A DNA stretch of 64,000 nt, from assembly GCA_023515725.1 (NCBI GenBank), contig JALDTO010000213.1, positions 628,280 to 692,279 of the forward strand, given 5' to 3'. Both the position numbers and the translations under genes were made by a program. This stretch comes from Amoeboaphelidium protococcarum X5 (Eukaryota; Fungi; Aphelidiomycota). Of this stretch, positions 37,282-50,439 are shown piece after piece. Below the pieces are notes generated by a model. The model was not told where the DNA came from. It ran no database searches and worked only from the letters and a program-made list of their open reading frames with translations. Positions within the stretch are counted from its first letter, which is position 1; every line of letters starts with the position of its first letter.

Positions 37282-37882
37282 TCTTACAGACGAGTAAATT
37301 TGCTCAACTCTATATCTAAATGCAAACACGCCTGGAATTTCTTCGTCGGCATAAGCCGTTGTAATTACGTGCCACCGCGACGGTACTTACATACTAAAAA
37401 GCAGTGGTTTAAATTCGTAATTCGGACTCTTTCTCTCTTTTGTAGTGGTGAGCAATATCTGTGACAAAAATTGGAGCCTTCTTTATGCACGCATAGTTTT
37501 AGGCCGACATTCTTAAATTTCTGACTCGTCGGTCTCAACGTAGCGTCTGTTGTAAAGACGATAATATGCTTTAAATAAATTTGAGTTAACCACTCGAATA
37601 AAGTCTATTCGCTCATGATTTCAATATTAATACTCGCGTTGCGCCTCCTCTGCTTTAAGCTAGGAGGCGCTTTGTCATCTTCACGCCAGTCGCCTACTGC
37701 GACTATATGACAGCGTCAGAGATTCAGCACTTACTACCAATACACATTCCTGGATAGCTGTTTGCTTATATTTCAACATATCAACTTTTACGGGACAAAC
37801 AGAGTTGACAAATTCTCCATCAAGTTAAACGCTCTTGATGATTACTCGCCAGAGGTACCATCTTCCTGGACACATCTAGACT

Positions 37883-38330
37883 TCAGTACTTTTTTGAACA
37901 CAGATCCTAATTAGCATTGACCATGGCGCGTATTGCAGTCAGATGTTTCGACAGTACCGCGATAAGAATCATCTACATCAGGTCTTAGATGGCAATCTTC
38001 TTCTTCCCGTTGTTTGCCGCCATTAATCCGCGCACCAGAGACTTCGCACGTTTAAAATCGCCTTTAATATCAGTGACATATTCAAACTAAGACATTTGCT
38101 TGACGTAATCAACTTTAAGGATACCACTAATCAATCGGCCGGCAGGTACTACTTTTCGCTTCTTCGTAGACGATTAGGGCATCATAGTAGACTGGGTTCT
38201 CGTCAAGATAAGCGCCTACTCCTATTGGCATACCAGATGCTTAGTGCTCACTACTAAAAGCAGCACCCAGGCTTCTGAATTCAGCTTGGCCACTGTAAGC
38301 TTTATCTGGCAATGAGCTAGTGAAGGTGAG
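37883..38330 (-). pseudogene. Second probable degenerate gag-like fragment
   Basis: AGRLISGILKVDYVKQMSQFEYVTDIKGDFKRAKSLVRGLMAANNGKKKIAIQDLMQMILIAVLSKHLTAIRAMVNA resembles the C-terminal half of the copia Gag capsid region. No clean start; boundaries approximate. Confidence 0.4.
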
Positions 38331-38658
38331 CCTACTAGGTAAAAGTGCAGGGTCCAGTGTGAGGCGCACGGTGTCGAAAGCGCCTCAACACGACTCAAAA
38401 TGTTTTAACACTCACTTCTTTATCACCATATTTTATGAAAAGAACCTGTGTAATCAGGTCGATAAGGAATTGATCATCAACCACGCGGTTTCGGAATTGA
38501 ATCGAGGCTTTCTCATTTCACACTTGCCGTCCGTGTCAACTTTGTCGATTGAGGGGAAGATGAAATGATGAAGAAGACGGAAAGAAAAAATCTTTTCAAC
38601 CTTGCCGATAAAATTACTTTCAAAATTGTAGAATCGGATAGATTGATTTATCGCAGAT

Positions 38659-40902
38659 ATGAACAATCAATCACGAGTTCCTTCAATTTAGAACTTGCTG
38701 AATGAGTATGACTACGATCCCCTAGAATACACTGCTGTTAACGTCCCCGAGGTGAGACACGATGAAACAATGGTTCATGGTGTACTATTCCAAGCGGGAT
38801 ATTCTGAATAAGACTCATCACACTATACTCATGATGGGTACAGGCTTAATGGAGCGTCATCTCAGCATTAAATTGGCACCGCAAGTGTGAAAGGTGAGCC
38901 GTAATTGTCTTATCAATAGCCCGTATAAGAAGATCTAAGTATTCAATAAAATCCTCAGGTGGTGCTGGATAGAAGCGACGAGTAGCAGCGATAGTTTAAA
39001 TAGTTGCAATTGATAGAGTTTAAGCCGTCTGTAATGTTCTAGTCGCAGTAACAAACTGTCAGTGTGTAATTTACGGAACAGGAAGCCACTGACCAATCCG
39101 AGGATACTTATGCTTACTTGCCCGCTGATTTATTACAAGACTATTTGATGATTTGCGAGTTTATTGCACTCTTCTATCCTCTCTTATAATAGGAGTAAGA
39201 CCGATCAAATTAGTGGAATCCCGGCGAAATATTGGTTGCATTGCTGCATACATCGTCCATTTAATTTAGGCGGCTTTTGATAGTGATCGTTGAGAATCTG
39301 GCACATTAACTTGATGGTAATCGCGAACATCAAGACGATTTTCTGTCCGTAATGAATTAGTTGTAATCTGCTTCAGTGTTTCCCGATTCTATAGATATGC
39401 GCGATTTGAATGTCGATTATGTGGTTTTACTTTTGCTAAAATAACGCCGTGATCTTTTAGATGAGAATCAGTTGCAGGTGCTGTAAAAGATTGAGAAATA
39501 CTTTTAACCAGATGAATCTGACAATCTATTGGAGGATGTCGCTGATGATTGTGATAGCTTACGCGAATTAAATGTTAATGATAGAGTCTCTTTAGCCAGT
39601 TTACTGATTGATATATGGATGGATTAGAAATCGCTAGTTGAATATGTTGATTAGATCTACTAGTAGTCTGTGAGTAAAGAGATTAATTAGAAAAGAAAAG
39701 AAATTGCCCATTGCAAACGGGAACTTAAGTTGGTAAGACGTGATATTAAAGATCTTTTGATTAAAAAAGATGCCCTCTCTGTAGAGCTTGAAGCCACTGA
39801 ACGTGCCATAGATTATATTGACCATTCCGATTAGAGTCTTTTGAGTAAGCGCGACTTTTTAAAAAAGTAAATCTAGTCTGTCGACTTGGCATTGCCTTCC
39901 AAACGCGTGGCAGAAGATCGTCTCCAGTCTGACTTTGAACTCTCCAAGTCAGAAGATCGGCTAAATGATTTGCAGAATGAAGAATTGCGACAATAGAGAC
40001 TGTAATTTTATCTCCAGAACGTATCTTTTGGTGTGGACTACATGGGACGATAATGGTGGAGTTTCATTAGCTTCGACGGACTCTTTGTCCACGATGATGC
40101 ATCTAATTGTTGGTGTTATGCTCAATAATCGCTACAGGAGATTGGGCAGATTTTACTCTAACATTCAAATAGAGCTCTAGTGTAAAAGATTGAGAGTGCT
40201 CGGAATTTGTTGAATATGGACAATGCTGCAGTTGACATGAAATCTCTGCGATATGACATTGAAATTAAAGATGCTGACACTGAATCGCTTTATTGTACTG
40301 AAATCTTTAGTCTCGTCAAGAAAATTGCATCTATAGTCGTGGCTCCATATGTCAACAAGTAAGATGAATCGCGTTACGATCATTTTTATGGCTTGTTGGA
40401 GTTTGTTTTTTCACTGAAGAGTCAGGAAGATTAAATATCTTCGTTTGGTGAACTGAAAGCTCTTGTCATGCAATTATATAAATGTGCTACCCACATCTCT
40501 GGTAAAGTTTCCAATAAAAAGAAGAGATCGTATCATCAGTTTTGGCCGCTGTTGTACGCGTTTTCAGATCATGATATTATTGAGGTGAAACCTGCCGACC
40601 TGAAGTAGTTTGAGGATGCTATTGTGAAGTGGTCGTATCTGCTCACGAATTCTAGGACAGGATCGTAGTTGTAAATTTATTTGTCATTTATGGAGAAGGC
40701 GTTAGTTGATGTTACTGCAGATGATGCACTTTATGTCGTGGCTGAAGATAAGTTTGAAGAGATGCGAGAGAGGACTGAGAAGAAGCGGTTGGCGGAACTA
40801 AATGATCGCTAACATCACAATGCTGAAGATCACGACGTGGTATCAAACTCTTCTTAGGCTGGGAAATCGTCCCGTAAATCTAAAAGACTTAAAAAGTCAT
40901 GA
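38659..40902 (+). CDS. DDT/WHIM-domain ISWI chromatin-remodelling accessory subunit-like protein, 747 aa
   Basis: DDT-like LPADLLQDYLMICEFIALFYPLL, WHIM1-like LRELNVNDRVSLASLLID, WHIM2-like SFGVDYMGRQWWSF, basic C-terminus. Confidence 0.7.
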
Positions 40903-41013
40903 ATCTTTCTACTTGTCTCAATAAAATCAGAGGTTCTATAATCATTATGGCTCATTGAGAGTTGACTTCTATCTTTATCTATTTTGATTTATCGTCCGTA
41001 ATATTTTAGTGAC

Positions 41014-42492
41014 ATGATTTGCAGTTCGTGTGGTATGATCCGATCTATCCCCAGACGACTATCAAGTACCGCGTAATAAAAGGTTTGGGATGTCCAATTC
41101 AAGTAGAGAACGTCCAATGTTGAGAAAGATTAAATACAGTAACAATAGAGTATTCGGAATGCTCGATTGCCATTTTTAGTATCATCGAAGTAGGCCCAGT
41201 CAAATATCGATCGAGGCGCGTCTTAATGGGTGTTTAGAAGAGACCATACCACTGGAGTAGATAAAATCAAGAAGCTATACATCCCCTTCTACGTTCCTCT
41301 TATAACTGCAGTGTCTTATATTGAAGCATTTGTATAAACTGGCGCGTCTAAAGAAGACCCTGAACTGAAATGTCATTCAATCAAGACTCAATATGATGGA
41401 ACGGTTAAGAATGGCGCGTAATTGAATGCTTTTGGCTCACATAAGTTTAATCGCGGATATTTGATGGATTTAAAGTCTGAGATATCCCAGTTTAATAGCC
41501 ATATCGTTGATGATGATTAAGATGGCACTTTTCAGCTTGATCAGTGCGAATAGATATCGTTCGAGATTAATGAAGCAATGATGGTACAGAAACATTTGGA
41601 ACCAAAACTACGATAGTATGAAAGGGAACGTGTTAAGGCGTATTTAAAGAGCATATACTAAGGTACAGTGGACGATTTTAGATTTAGAACAGAGTATCCC
41701 CAATTTGAACTTCGGAGATTGTACGTGCCGATTTATTAAGTGTAACAGAAATCTTCGGATCAACCTCTTATTGTCAGTGGTCTTAGTGGCCGTGTGATGG
41801 GACAATCATCTTATGATCCTATCAAAGCTGGCTCTCTATCTCTTATTGCATCTTCAAGTTACCAATGGCTTTTAGGATAAAGTACACCTTTGATTGGTAT
41901 TAAGTCAGTCGCGTCATCAGTTCTACAGTGGCAAGTTGCTCCGTTTATTCTTGGGTATTACAGTGCTAAATTTTGGCCAACCTTTAAATCTCTGTACAAT
42001 GATTCTAAGGCGTCCTATGATGAAGGCATTGATTCAAATTAGGTGGCAGAGTACAAATTCACTGGGAGTAAATTGTTATGGAGTGGCGACAAGTTTAACG
42101 ATTAGTTTGAGTAATGGTTGAAGGAATAGACTTCACAGGCTGAGATGCATGACTGGCGACAGTCTGTCGAAAATGGTAGAGACTTTTAGGATTAAAGTCG
42201 GACAATAGCTAGTGGAATTAAACACCCAGATCCACTTGGTCTTTATGATTGTCTCGAACTAAGTGGGATGGAGTAAAGTGCGACGTCCGCTGATATTTAG
42301 AAGGCTTTTGCGCGATTAGCCTTTGAAAGTCACCCAGATCGACACGTTCTGTCTGCGAAGGAAGTTAAAGACAAGGCCGAAGATAAATTTCGAAAATTGT
42401 CTCTAGCCTATCATATCCTAAAGCATCCTAATCGTAGAAAGTATTATGATGAGAACGGTCAAATACCGCGTAAGATGAGCTAGAGCGATTGA
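41014..42492 (+). CDS. Protein with C-terminal J (DnaJ) domain and probable mitochondrial presequence, 492 aa
   Basis: DPLGLYDCLEL...DIQKAFARLAFESHPDR...AYHILKHPNRRKYYD; Arg/Ser-rich N-terminus; hydrophobic segment before the J domain. Confidence 0.85.
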
Positions 42493-42742
42493 TTATTTGA
42501 ATTCTCCTCTCTATCTATCTTGCTTAGTTTCAGTTCTATTAATAGACGTTGCTTTGGTTTTACTAAGATTGTCACGGAGGAATGTATTTTTAGGCTTAAT
42601 AACATCAATCTTAATATCAAACCTCTTTTCAGCTATTTTAAACCAAAATAACGATAGGATTCTTATTTCTATCCAGTCATTAAGGTTTGAGGTCTCTTTA
42701 GCAAAGATCATTACGTTCTACTTACCTGAACAGTTTCGGGCA

Positions 42743-44686
42743 ATGTTAATCTTGACAGTTCTGTTTTAGTATCTTGTCCTTGTGGTAAGTGCTGCTGATG
42801 CTGAGGCACAGAGCACCGGTGATAGTAGTGGCACTATTATTGGAGTGTCTGTTGGTCTTACATTTGCGGTGGCCTTGCTCTTGGGCCTTTTGTACTGGTA
42901 CCTGAAAATTGAGAGAAATCATGATGCATGGAAGGATGTGCTTAAAGAAGCTGAACTAGAGGCTGATGGCTCCAAGTATGTCATTCTTCAAGTTTAACCG
43001 TCAGCATCACAGAATGCCCCCTAACAGCAATAATAATAGTAATAGTCAGTATCCCCAAGAGAAAGTGTAAACAAGAATCAGCAATAACTTCAAAAGACTG
43101 TTGCACTATTTCACTCAAATCCGGCGTTAGATGCTGGCGGCGACATTGGTAATTTATCTACTCTGATAAACATGAACATAAGTCCCGACTCCACTTCATA
43201 ATCATAGAATGTGAATAATAATTAAGGTAATGGAGTTATTAAGAGTGTCAAATCGACTTAAATGTACTTGCCCAACAACTCAGGTCAAGTGTTAGAATTA
43301 AAAGATGGTTATGGCTCTATTAGGCGTGTTCAACTTGCGCGTCCCCAGCTGGTTCAGACCTCAGTTAAAATCATCAATCCAACAGTTCAGTCCGCTGCTG
43401 CATCTCCTCCGAAAACTTCTGCCATGATGTAGTTGTCTTCGCCTGTAAATTTTGCTCCAAATCCTGTCAATGATCCGTAATTGCAGTCACGAATCTAATC
43501 GTAACATCGTGTAATTCCTCAGATCGGGTTCAATGCATTGCCATCATCTTTCCAACCTTAAAACTAAATGATGGCTAGTAGTTAGCCTGGTTAATACAGT
43601 AACGTGCTGATATAAGGTCAAGGTCAATCAGCAGGAATATCTATGAACAGTACACTATCTGGTCAAACAGACAATAGCCAAGATATCAATGCGACGATGG
43701 TTGTTAAAGATAATGGCGGACTTCCATTAGCATTACCTGGTTATATGTTGATGTTGAAAAAAGATGTAAAGTTGGGCAAGAGCATTGGTAAAGGAGGCTC
43801 TGCTACGCTGTATCTGGCCACATTAACAGCCGAGTATAAACAGAAAATCCCCGACAAGCAGGTTGCAGTCAAGGTTTTAAAGAATGTAGCCAAGGAGAAG
43901 TAGGACAAGTAGATGGGCGCATTCAATTAGGAAGTCGCAATTATGGCTTACTTTTCTAAACATTCTAGCTTTGCTCGACTTTATGGCTATATTGAATCTC
44001 CTCCGTCTATCGTAATGAAGTATTACGCGTATGGTGCATTGTCGTCGTTCATAGATAAGAAGAAGGGCCTATCCTTTGATAACTGGTTTATGCATTATGC
44101 TTATCATTTCGCGTGTGATATTTTGGCCGGATTATAAGAGCTGCACCGGGTATAGATCATTCACAATGACATGAAGCCGTAGAATGTGCTTGTTGATAAG
44201 ACTGAAGATCGATTTGTTGCTGTAATCTGTGACTTCTCAATAGCCAACATCAGCGGCAAAGGACTTTTGGGAGTGAAGGAATTTAAAGCCGCCAAGGTGA
44301 GAGGTGCTTCTCTCCCGTATGCATCACCAGAGACTATTAGAAAGTTGTACTCCGAGTTTATAGGACAGGATGTAGCTGCACTAGGAAAGTCCACTTCTTA
44401 GACTTACAAACTTGATATTTATTCCACGTCTATTATGCTGTTTGAAGTTGTATCGCGAAGTGATGCTTGGAATTTCTATTATGATTAGGCAAAGCTGATT
44501 AAATGCATACTCGAAGGCAAACGACCGCAATGGCCTAAAGATGTACTAAAGTGTATCGACAATAGCAAGATGGAGGGCATATAACGTACTTTTTAGAAAG
44601 TTCGGTCAATAATCGAGGACGGTTGGTAAGAAGATTTTTTGGCACGACCGTCTGCAGACTAGATGCTCAGTAGACTTTAAATGTGA
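42743..44686 (+). CDS. Single-pass receptor-like kinase (TKL-like) with minimal ectodomain, 647 aa
   Basis: Signal peptide, TM helix IIGVSVGLTFAVALLLGLLYWYL, Gln-rich linker, IGKGGSATLY, VAVK, HNDMKPQN, DFS, YASPE, GKRP, W...RPS. Confidence 0.88.
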
Positions 44687-44743
44687 ATAGGTAGATATCT
44701 AGAAACTATTTAGTTAGTAGAATGACATAAAAAGTATATATAT

Positions 44744-45859
<1,116 letters not shown>

Positions 45860-45973
45860 TGCACTGTTTTACTTTATCTGATTTGATGCAAACTTAAATT
45901 CAATTCACTTGACTTGGATTAAAAAAAGCTAAGCCTCAGTATATAGTTAAATAAATTACGTTTATAATTAAAT

Positions 45974-47476
45974 TCAATATTCTTCTACAAAATTAAGTGG
46001 AATCCAACCAATTTGTGGTACACCATCATGTTCCACTGGCACTTGTTCGCCATCTTCGTAGCTCATCAACCATCCGTAGAGCCACTCGCCTTCAACGGCA
46101 ACAACGCGCACCATATCACCCCTTACAACTTTGAGATCATCTGCACCATCACCTTCATAATCATGGACTACTTTCATTAATTTATCAGCCATCGCAAAGA
46201 CATCTCCATCGCCGGAGTTTCTATCAAGGAAGGCATCTTAACCGGAGAGATATGTTGGAGAATTGTACGTGGAGATGAACTCAGTCTCCTTGCGGAAGTG
46301 TTCCAGTTCATCTTCAAAAGAGCCTGAGGACTTTCTTCTAGGAGCTCTCGAGATTGGAGACTAGACATTAGAGATTGATGCAAAATTGTTCTTTATTATC
46401 TGATTGACCAAATTAGGAGCGGCGTTCTTAGGGAAAGCCATAGTCTTACGATGAGGATTCTACGGTACAACAGGCTCGCCTCCATTCTAAGACTCTTACG
46501 CACTAGGAATTATGTTACCAGAGTTGTCTAGAATAAATGAGCTTTTGATGTCAGCAATTAGAGGGGACTTCATTGGACGCACTGGCTTACGCTCGGTGGA
46601 GATACTCAATGGAGTTGACTATATACTTTGACTAACACTGTTGCTTTCGCTTTTTGGCTAACTTAAGGAGGACTAGATTGATCCCTTGGAGTCCTTCCTC
46701 AGGGGTGTGTATGTATTCTTCGGAACAGCAGTACCATCATGGTAAATGGAGCGGAATGACTGTACTTCAGCACGCAATACCTTCTGCAGATGATGTGCAA
46801 CAAAAAAGTACTAATTCTAGTTGGTAGCGAGACCACTATTGATAACCTTGATCTTGATATCGGACAATTCTGACAGCTTTTCAGTAAGGCCAAACAGAGT
46901 TTCCGACAACTTGGACATATCTTTGTTTGAATTGTGACGACCAGCTCTGGTAGCCTCCGCCTCCTTCTACTTGATATCATTCTGGACGCGTTTGATCTCC
47001 CTGTCCGAGTGTCTATCCCACTAGACAATTGTATCCCGATAACGCTACAGATTCAGCTGGACTGGATGCTCAAAATCATTGATAAGCGAATTTGCTACAT
47101 TGGCCTGCTAAGCACTCATCACCGTGTGGAATTTGACCACTTGCTGGAGGGCGGCAGAGAGATTTCGCTGTTTCAGCTCATTTTCTTCATTCACCGCGGA
47201 CGAGTGGATCGACACGTTGTCAAGCTCTTTCTGCAGATCAAAGGATGTTGCCGTGCCCAGTGCTAGTTTACCAGCTGTACGCGCTACTTTATCTGATGCG
47301 GAAGCCAAATGCTCCAATGTCAATCGGTATAAGCTCAAAGCCTTTATCAATTCTTGTTGAGTTTCAGCGTTAGATTTCAGCTAATTGTACAGTCTCTTGT
47401 GAATGCTGTCTAAATCGGCTTGCTTGATATGAGCGCCTGACTTTTTTCTTTCCATCTGATAGTTGTTGGATGTCAT
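45974..47476 (-). CDS. I-BAR (IMD)-like + C-terminal SH3 protein, 500 aa
   Basis: N-terminal ~240-aa helical domain resembling Ivy1/IMD; SH3 KVVHDYEGDGADDLKVVRGDMV...EGEWLYG...GWIPLNFVE. The SH3 call is firm; the I-BAR call is from pattern recognition. Confidence 0.78.
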
Positions 47477-48171
47477 TTTATTGGTATTAATTAAATTTTA
47501 CTTTTAACAAAAGTGTATAAAATGGGAATAAAAGACACAGCCAAGTTTATCCCAGTGGCACTGTGACAATCCAAATAGTATCAGTGACCGAGTTCAACCA
47601 ATCACAGATGAGCATTGTTTCTAAAAGCGCATCCCATGATCAAGCCTATCTCTATTAACCAAAACTCTTCTAGAACTCTAAACTCAGTAGATTGATTAGG
47701 TTGACCAAAATGTAAATTGACTTAAGAATTACTCAAAACTTTATCAAACGATATAAGTAGAATGATCTTTTCACCTGTTGTAGGAAAGTTTTGGAATTGA
47801 TTGAAACATCGTGGGATACTGAGACAATCGTCCGAAGCTACTCATCAACTGCGCGTATGGCTTTGTTAATAGACGCGTTACCTTCATACATATATCCCAC
47901 TTTAATTTAGCATTTTTAAACACTCTGTCTTTATCAATATCTTCTCTTAGTCGTAACATTGTTCTGATCTCGAATCAAGATTCGCCAACCCGTTTCGATT
48001 TGATGTTACCTAAAATAGTCACTTGATACCAATCTGGGAAGATTTGTGTCCAAAAATAGAAAATGCCTTGAATATAAGAGCCATGGTGCGTGCATCTTTC
48101 TTTTTCTTTTCACAAAACACTTATAATCTTAATATTCCAACCAGTATCTGCAACTAATATTGATAAAGAAA

Positions 48172-48756
48172 ATGAAATTCCATCTGCTATTATCTGCTTT
48201 TGCAATGCTCGCGCTGGCTTAAAAGAACAGCACTAAAGAAGATGATGTTGCCATTAATCCTGATGATCCAGAGTTTAAGAAAAACGAGGAGCCATCCAAG
48301 ACTTCGGATCCTAAGGCTACTGGTATTGGTGACTTTATCTTTGAGAATCCGCCTTCCGTATCTCTTTTGTCTAAGGTGCCGCTAGTTAGAGCTGGTGAGA
48401 TGTACCGTATCAAGTGGCGCACTCAGCCAACTAACCTCGGAAATCCAGAGATCATTTCGTTGGAGTATCGTGTTGGTATCTGGCCTGATGTGACTAAATT
48501 CACTGCCATCATCGCTAATGGTTCTAATGAAAACTATGCTGACTGGTAAGTTCCAACTAACGCTGCTGAGGGTGTCTACATTTTCAAGATCAGCACGATG
48601 GAGAAGAAGCCTTTGATCCGTGACCGTGTCAGTAGTCCTATCAGAGTGTTCCAGTCCAAGACATTTATTAATGTAAACTCTGCTCACTCAAGCATTGAAT
48701 ACAGCGCGATTGCAATGATAATCGCTGGTATTTACATGATGTGCATGATTCTTTGA
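48172..48756 (+). CDS. Small secreted, probably GPI-anchored Ig-like (Kre9/Knh1 N-terminal-like) protein, 194 aa
   Basis: Signal peptide MKFHLLLSAFAMLALA, beta-rich core (AGEMYRIKW...ADWQVPTNAAEGVYIFKI), NSA followed by a hydrophobic C-terminus. Confidence 0.75.
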
Positions 48757-48822
48757 ATTATTTGAGTTGAATAGATTTATTAATACTGTATAAATTCAAA
48801 ATCTTTTCATGTACTTTGATAA

Positions 48823-49944
48823 TCAGCTAGTAATACTAACGTTGAAACAGGTTGGAGAGAGCGCGGCCTCAATTTCAGACGCGTCAGGAGTGGCGAACTA
48901 ACTCTCAATATTGACTGAGATGCCATCATCTAACTTCAACTCTACTGCAGAATGCTCATAAATTTCTTGGTCTCTTTTAAGCCTGTTTATCCTATTTGTC
49001 GTTTAGGCCACTGCAATCTCCAACTAATCCCTTTAGAATTCAACTTTACTATACAGAAGATGAGCCCAACCCGGAGCAGGAATATTATTGAACTCAAAAA
49101 GTGATATATAAGACTTTTAGAATCCACTGATATTGTGAAGGGGGCATTTATTTCTTACTTACAAACATATTCCGATTTATCTTATTGTACTCAACAGCTC
49201 ATCACTGCTGGTACTGTTGTCAGTTTCCATATTTGATTCCTAAACAGAAGAATCCGCCATAAGTATATCAAGTTTATAACCGCATATCAGCTCCATGTGG
49301 TGATCAGATTTATTATCGAGGCTCTATAATTTAGTGGATAAATCATTTGCCAGTTTAACGATATTTACAATATTGTTCAATTATACACGCTTCTTATCCA
49401 AATCATCTTGATAAATCTTCAACAGCTATGACTCTTTATGAATTTAATTATCAGTTTGATACCACTACTATCCTCTATGACCATTTAATGAAGCTCCAGG
49501 TGCAGCAGATTACTTTCGTAACGCTTTTAATATTAGCTGATTCGCGTTACCATTTCCACATTCATCACTGCAATACTTACTTCCTTTGCGGACGACGCGT
49601 CTCGAGGACTTTAATAGATTCTACTGACCAAAATAAGAGTTTCCATTACATCGCATATAGGCGCACAATGGCTTAATTACAGTTTAAAGTCCACTATATC
49701 CATTGCCTAAGCATCGCGGACAGAACCACCTTACCAGCCTCTCGCTATCAAAATCAGTTATGCCAACACACTAACCATGACACCAAAGATTGCAATTATC
49801 ACAGGCAATCATAAATTCATCAGTAGACGACGAGCCACAGACACAATACGTTGGGTAAGAATTTTCACCACCTTCTTAAATCTAAGATTTTACTGGTGAA
49901 GTCTTATTAGTCTTTGGAGAATCAATAAGATCACGAATGTTCAT
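48823..49944 (-). CDS. SPP1: COMPASS PHD-finger subunit Spp1/CFP1, 373 aa
   Basis: YCVCGSSSTDEFMIACDNCNLWCHGQCVGI...WFCPRC, SKYCSDECG, C-terminal ICGY...C...KCPLH. Confidence 0.85.
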
Positions 49945-50439
49945 AATATAATGTTCTATTCTATAGAATATAAAGTTAACTTTGACTCGCAACGTATCAG
50001 CTTAAGTTTGACTTTTCAAAAAACACAAAGTGCTGAAACAAGAAAGAAAGCCTCTCACAGACGATGGATACAACGCAAATAGTGAAAGACGCGCGCGGAA
50101 ATGGGTGCTCCGTGTCGGGGGGCGAGAATGGGGAGAGGAGGAGGCGAAATCTCAAGTGGCGATCACCAGAGTAATTGCTCGCTGGAAGAGGAAATTGCTT
50201 GACACACGGCCCGCTTCACGATCGCCCCATACTAAAAGCCCATTCTTGCTGTGTGTGGCGCCTTCCCTTTCGAATCACCATTGCTCTGTCGAATCTGCAC
50301 ATCTGGACGTCCACTTTCTCATCGCATATTTTGACTTCATCTGGTAGTAGTACATAATACTAGCTAGCTTTATACTCTAGAATACCTTCGCTGGTTGTCG
50401 AAGAAGATTTGCAAGTCTTTATCATCCTCATCGTACTCA

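Noticed and set aside
37282-37420. Possible LTR end and primer-binding site upstream of the gag remnant
   Set aside because: Only a weak resemblance (GGCTTATG) and no second LTR copy in the window.
47771-47959. 62-aa minus-strand ORF in an intergenic region
   Set aside because: Short, no motif, and bounded upstream by an in-frame TGA; cannot be supported as a gene.
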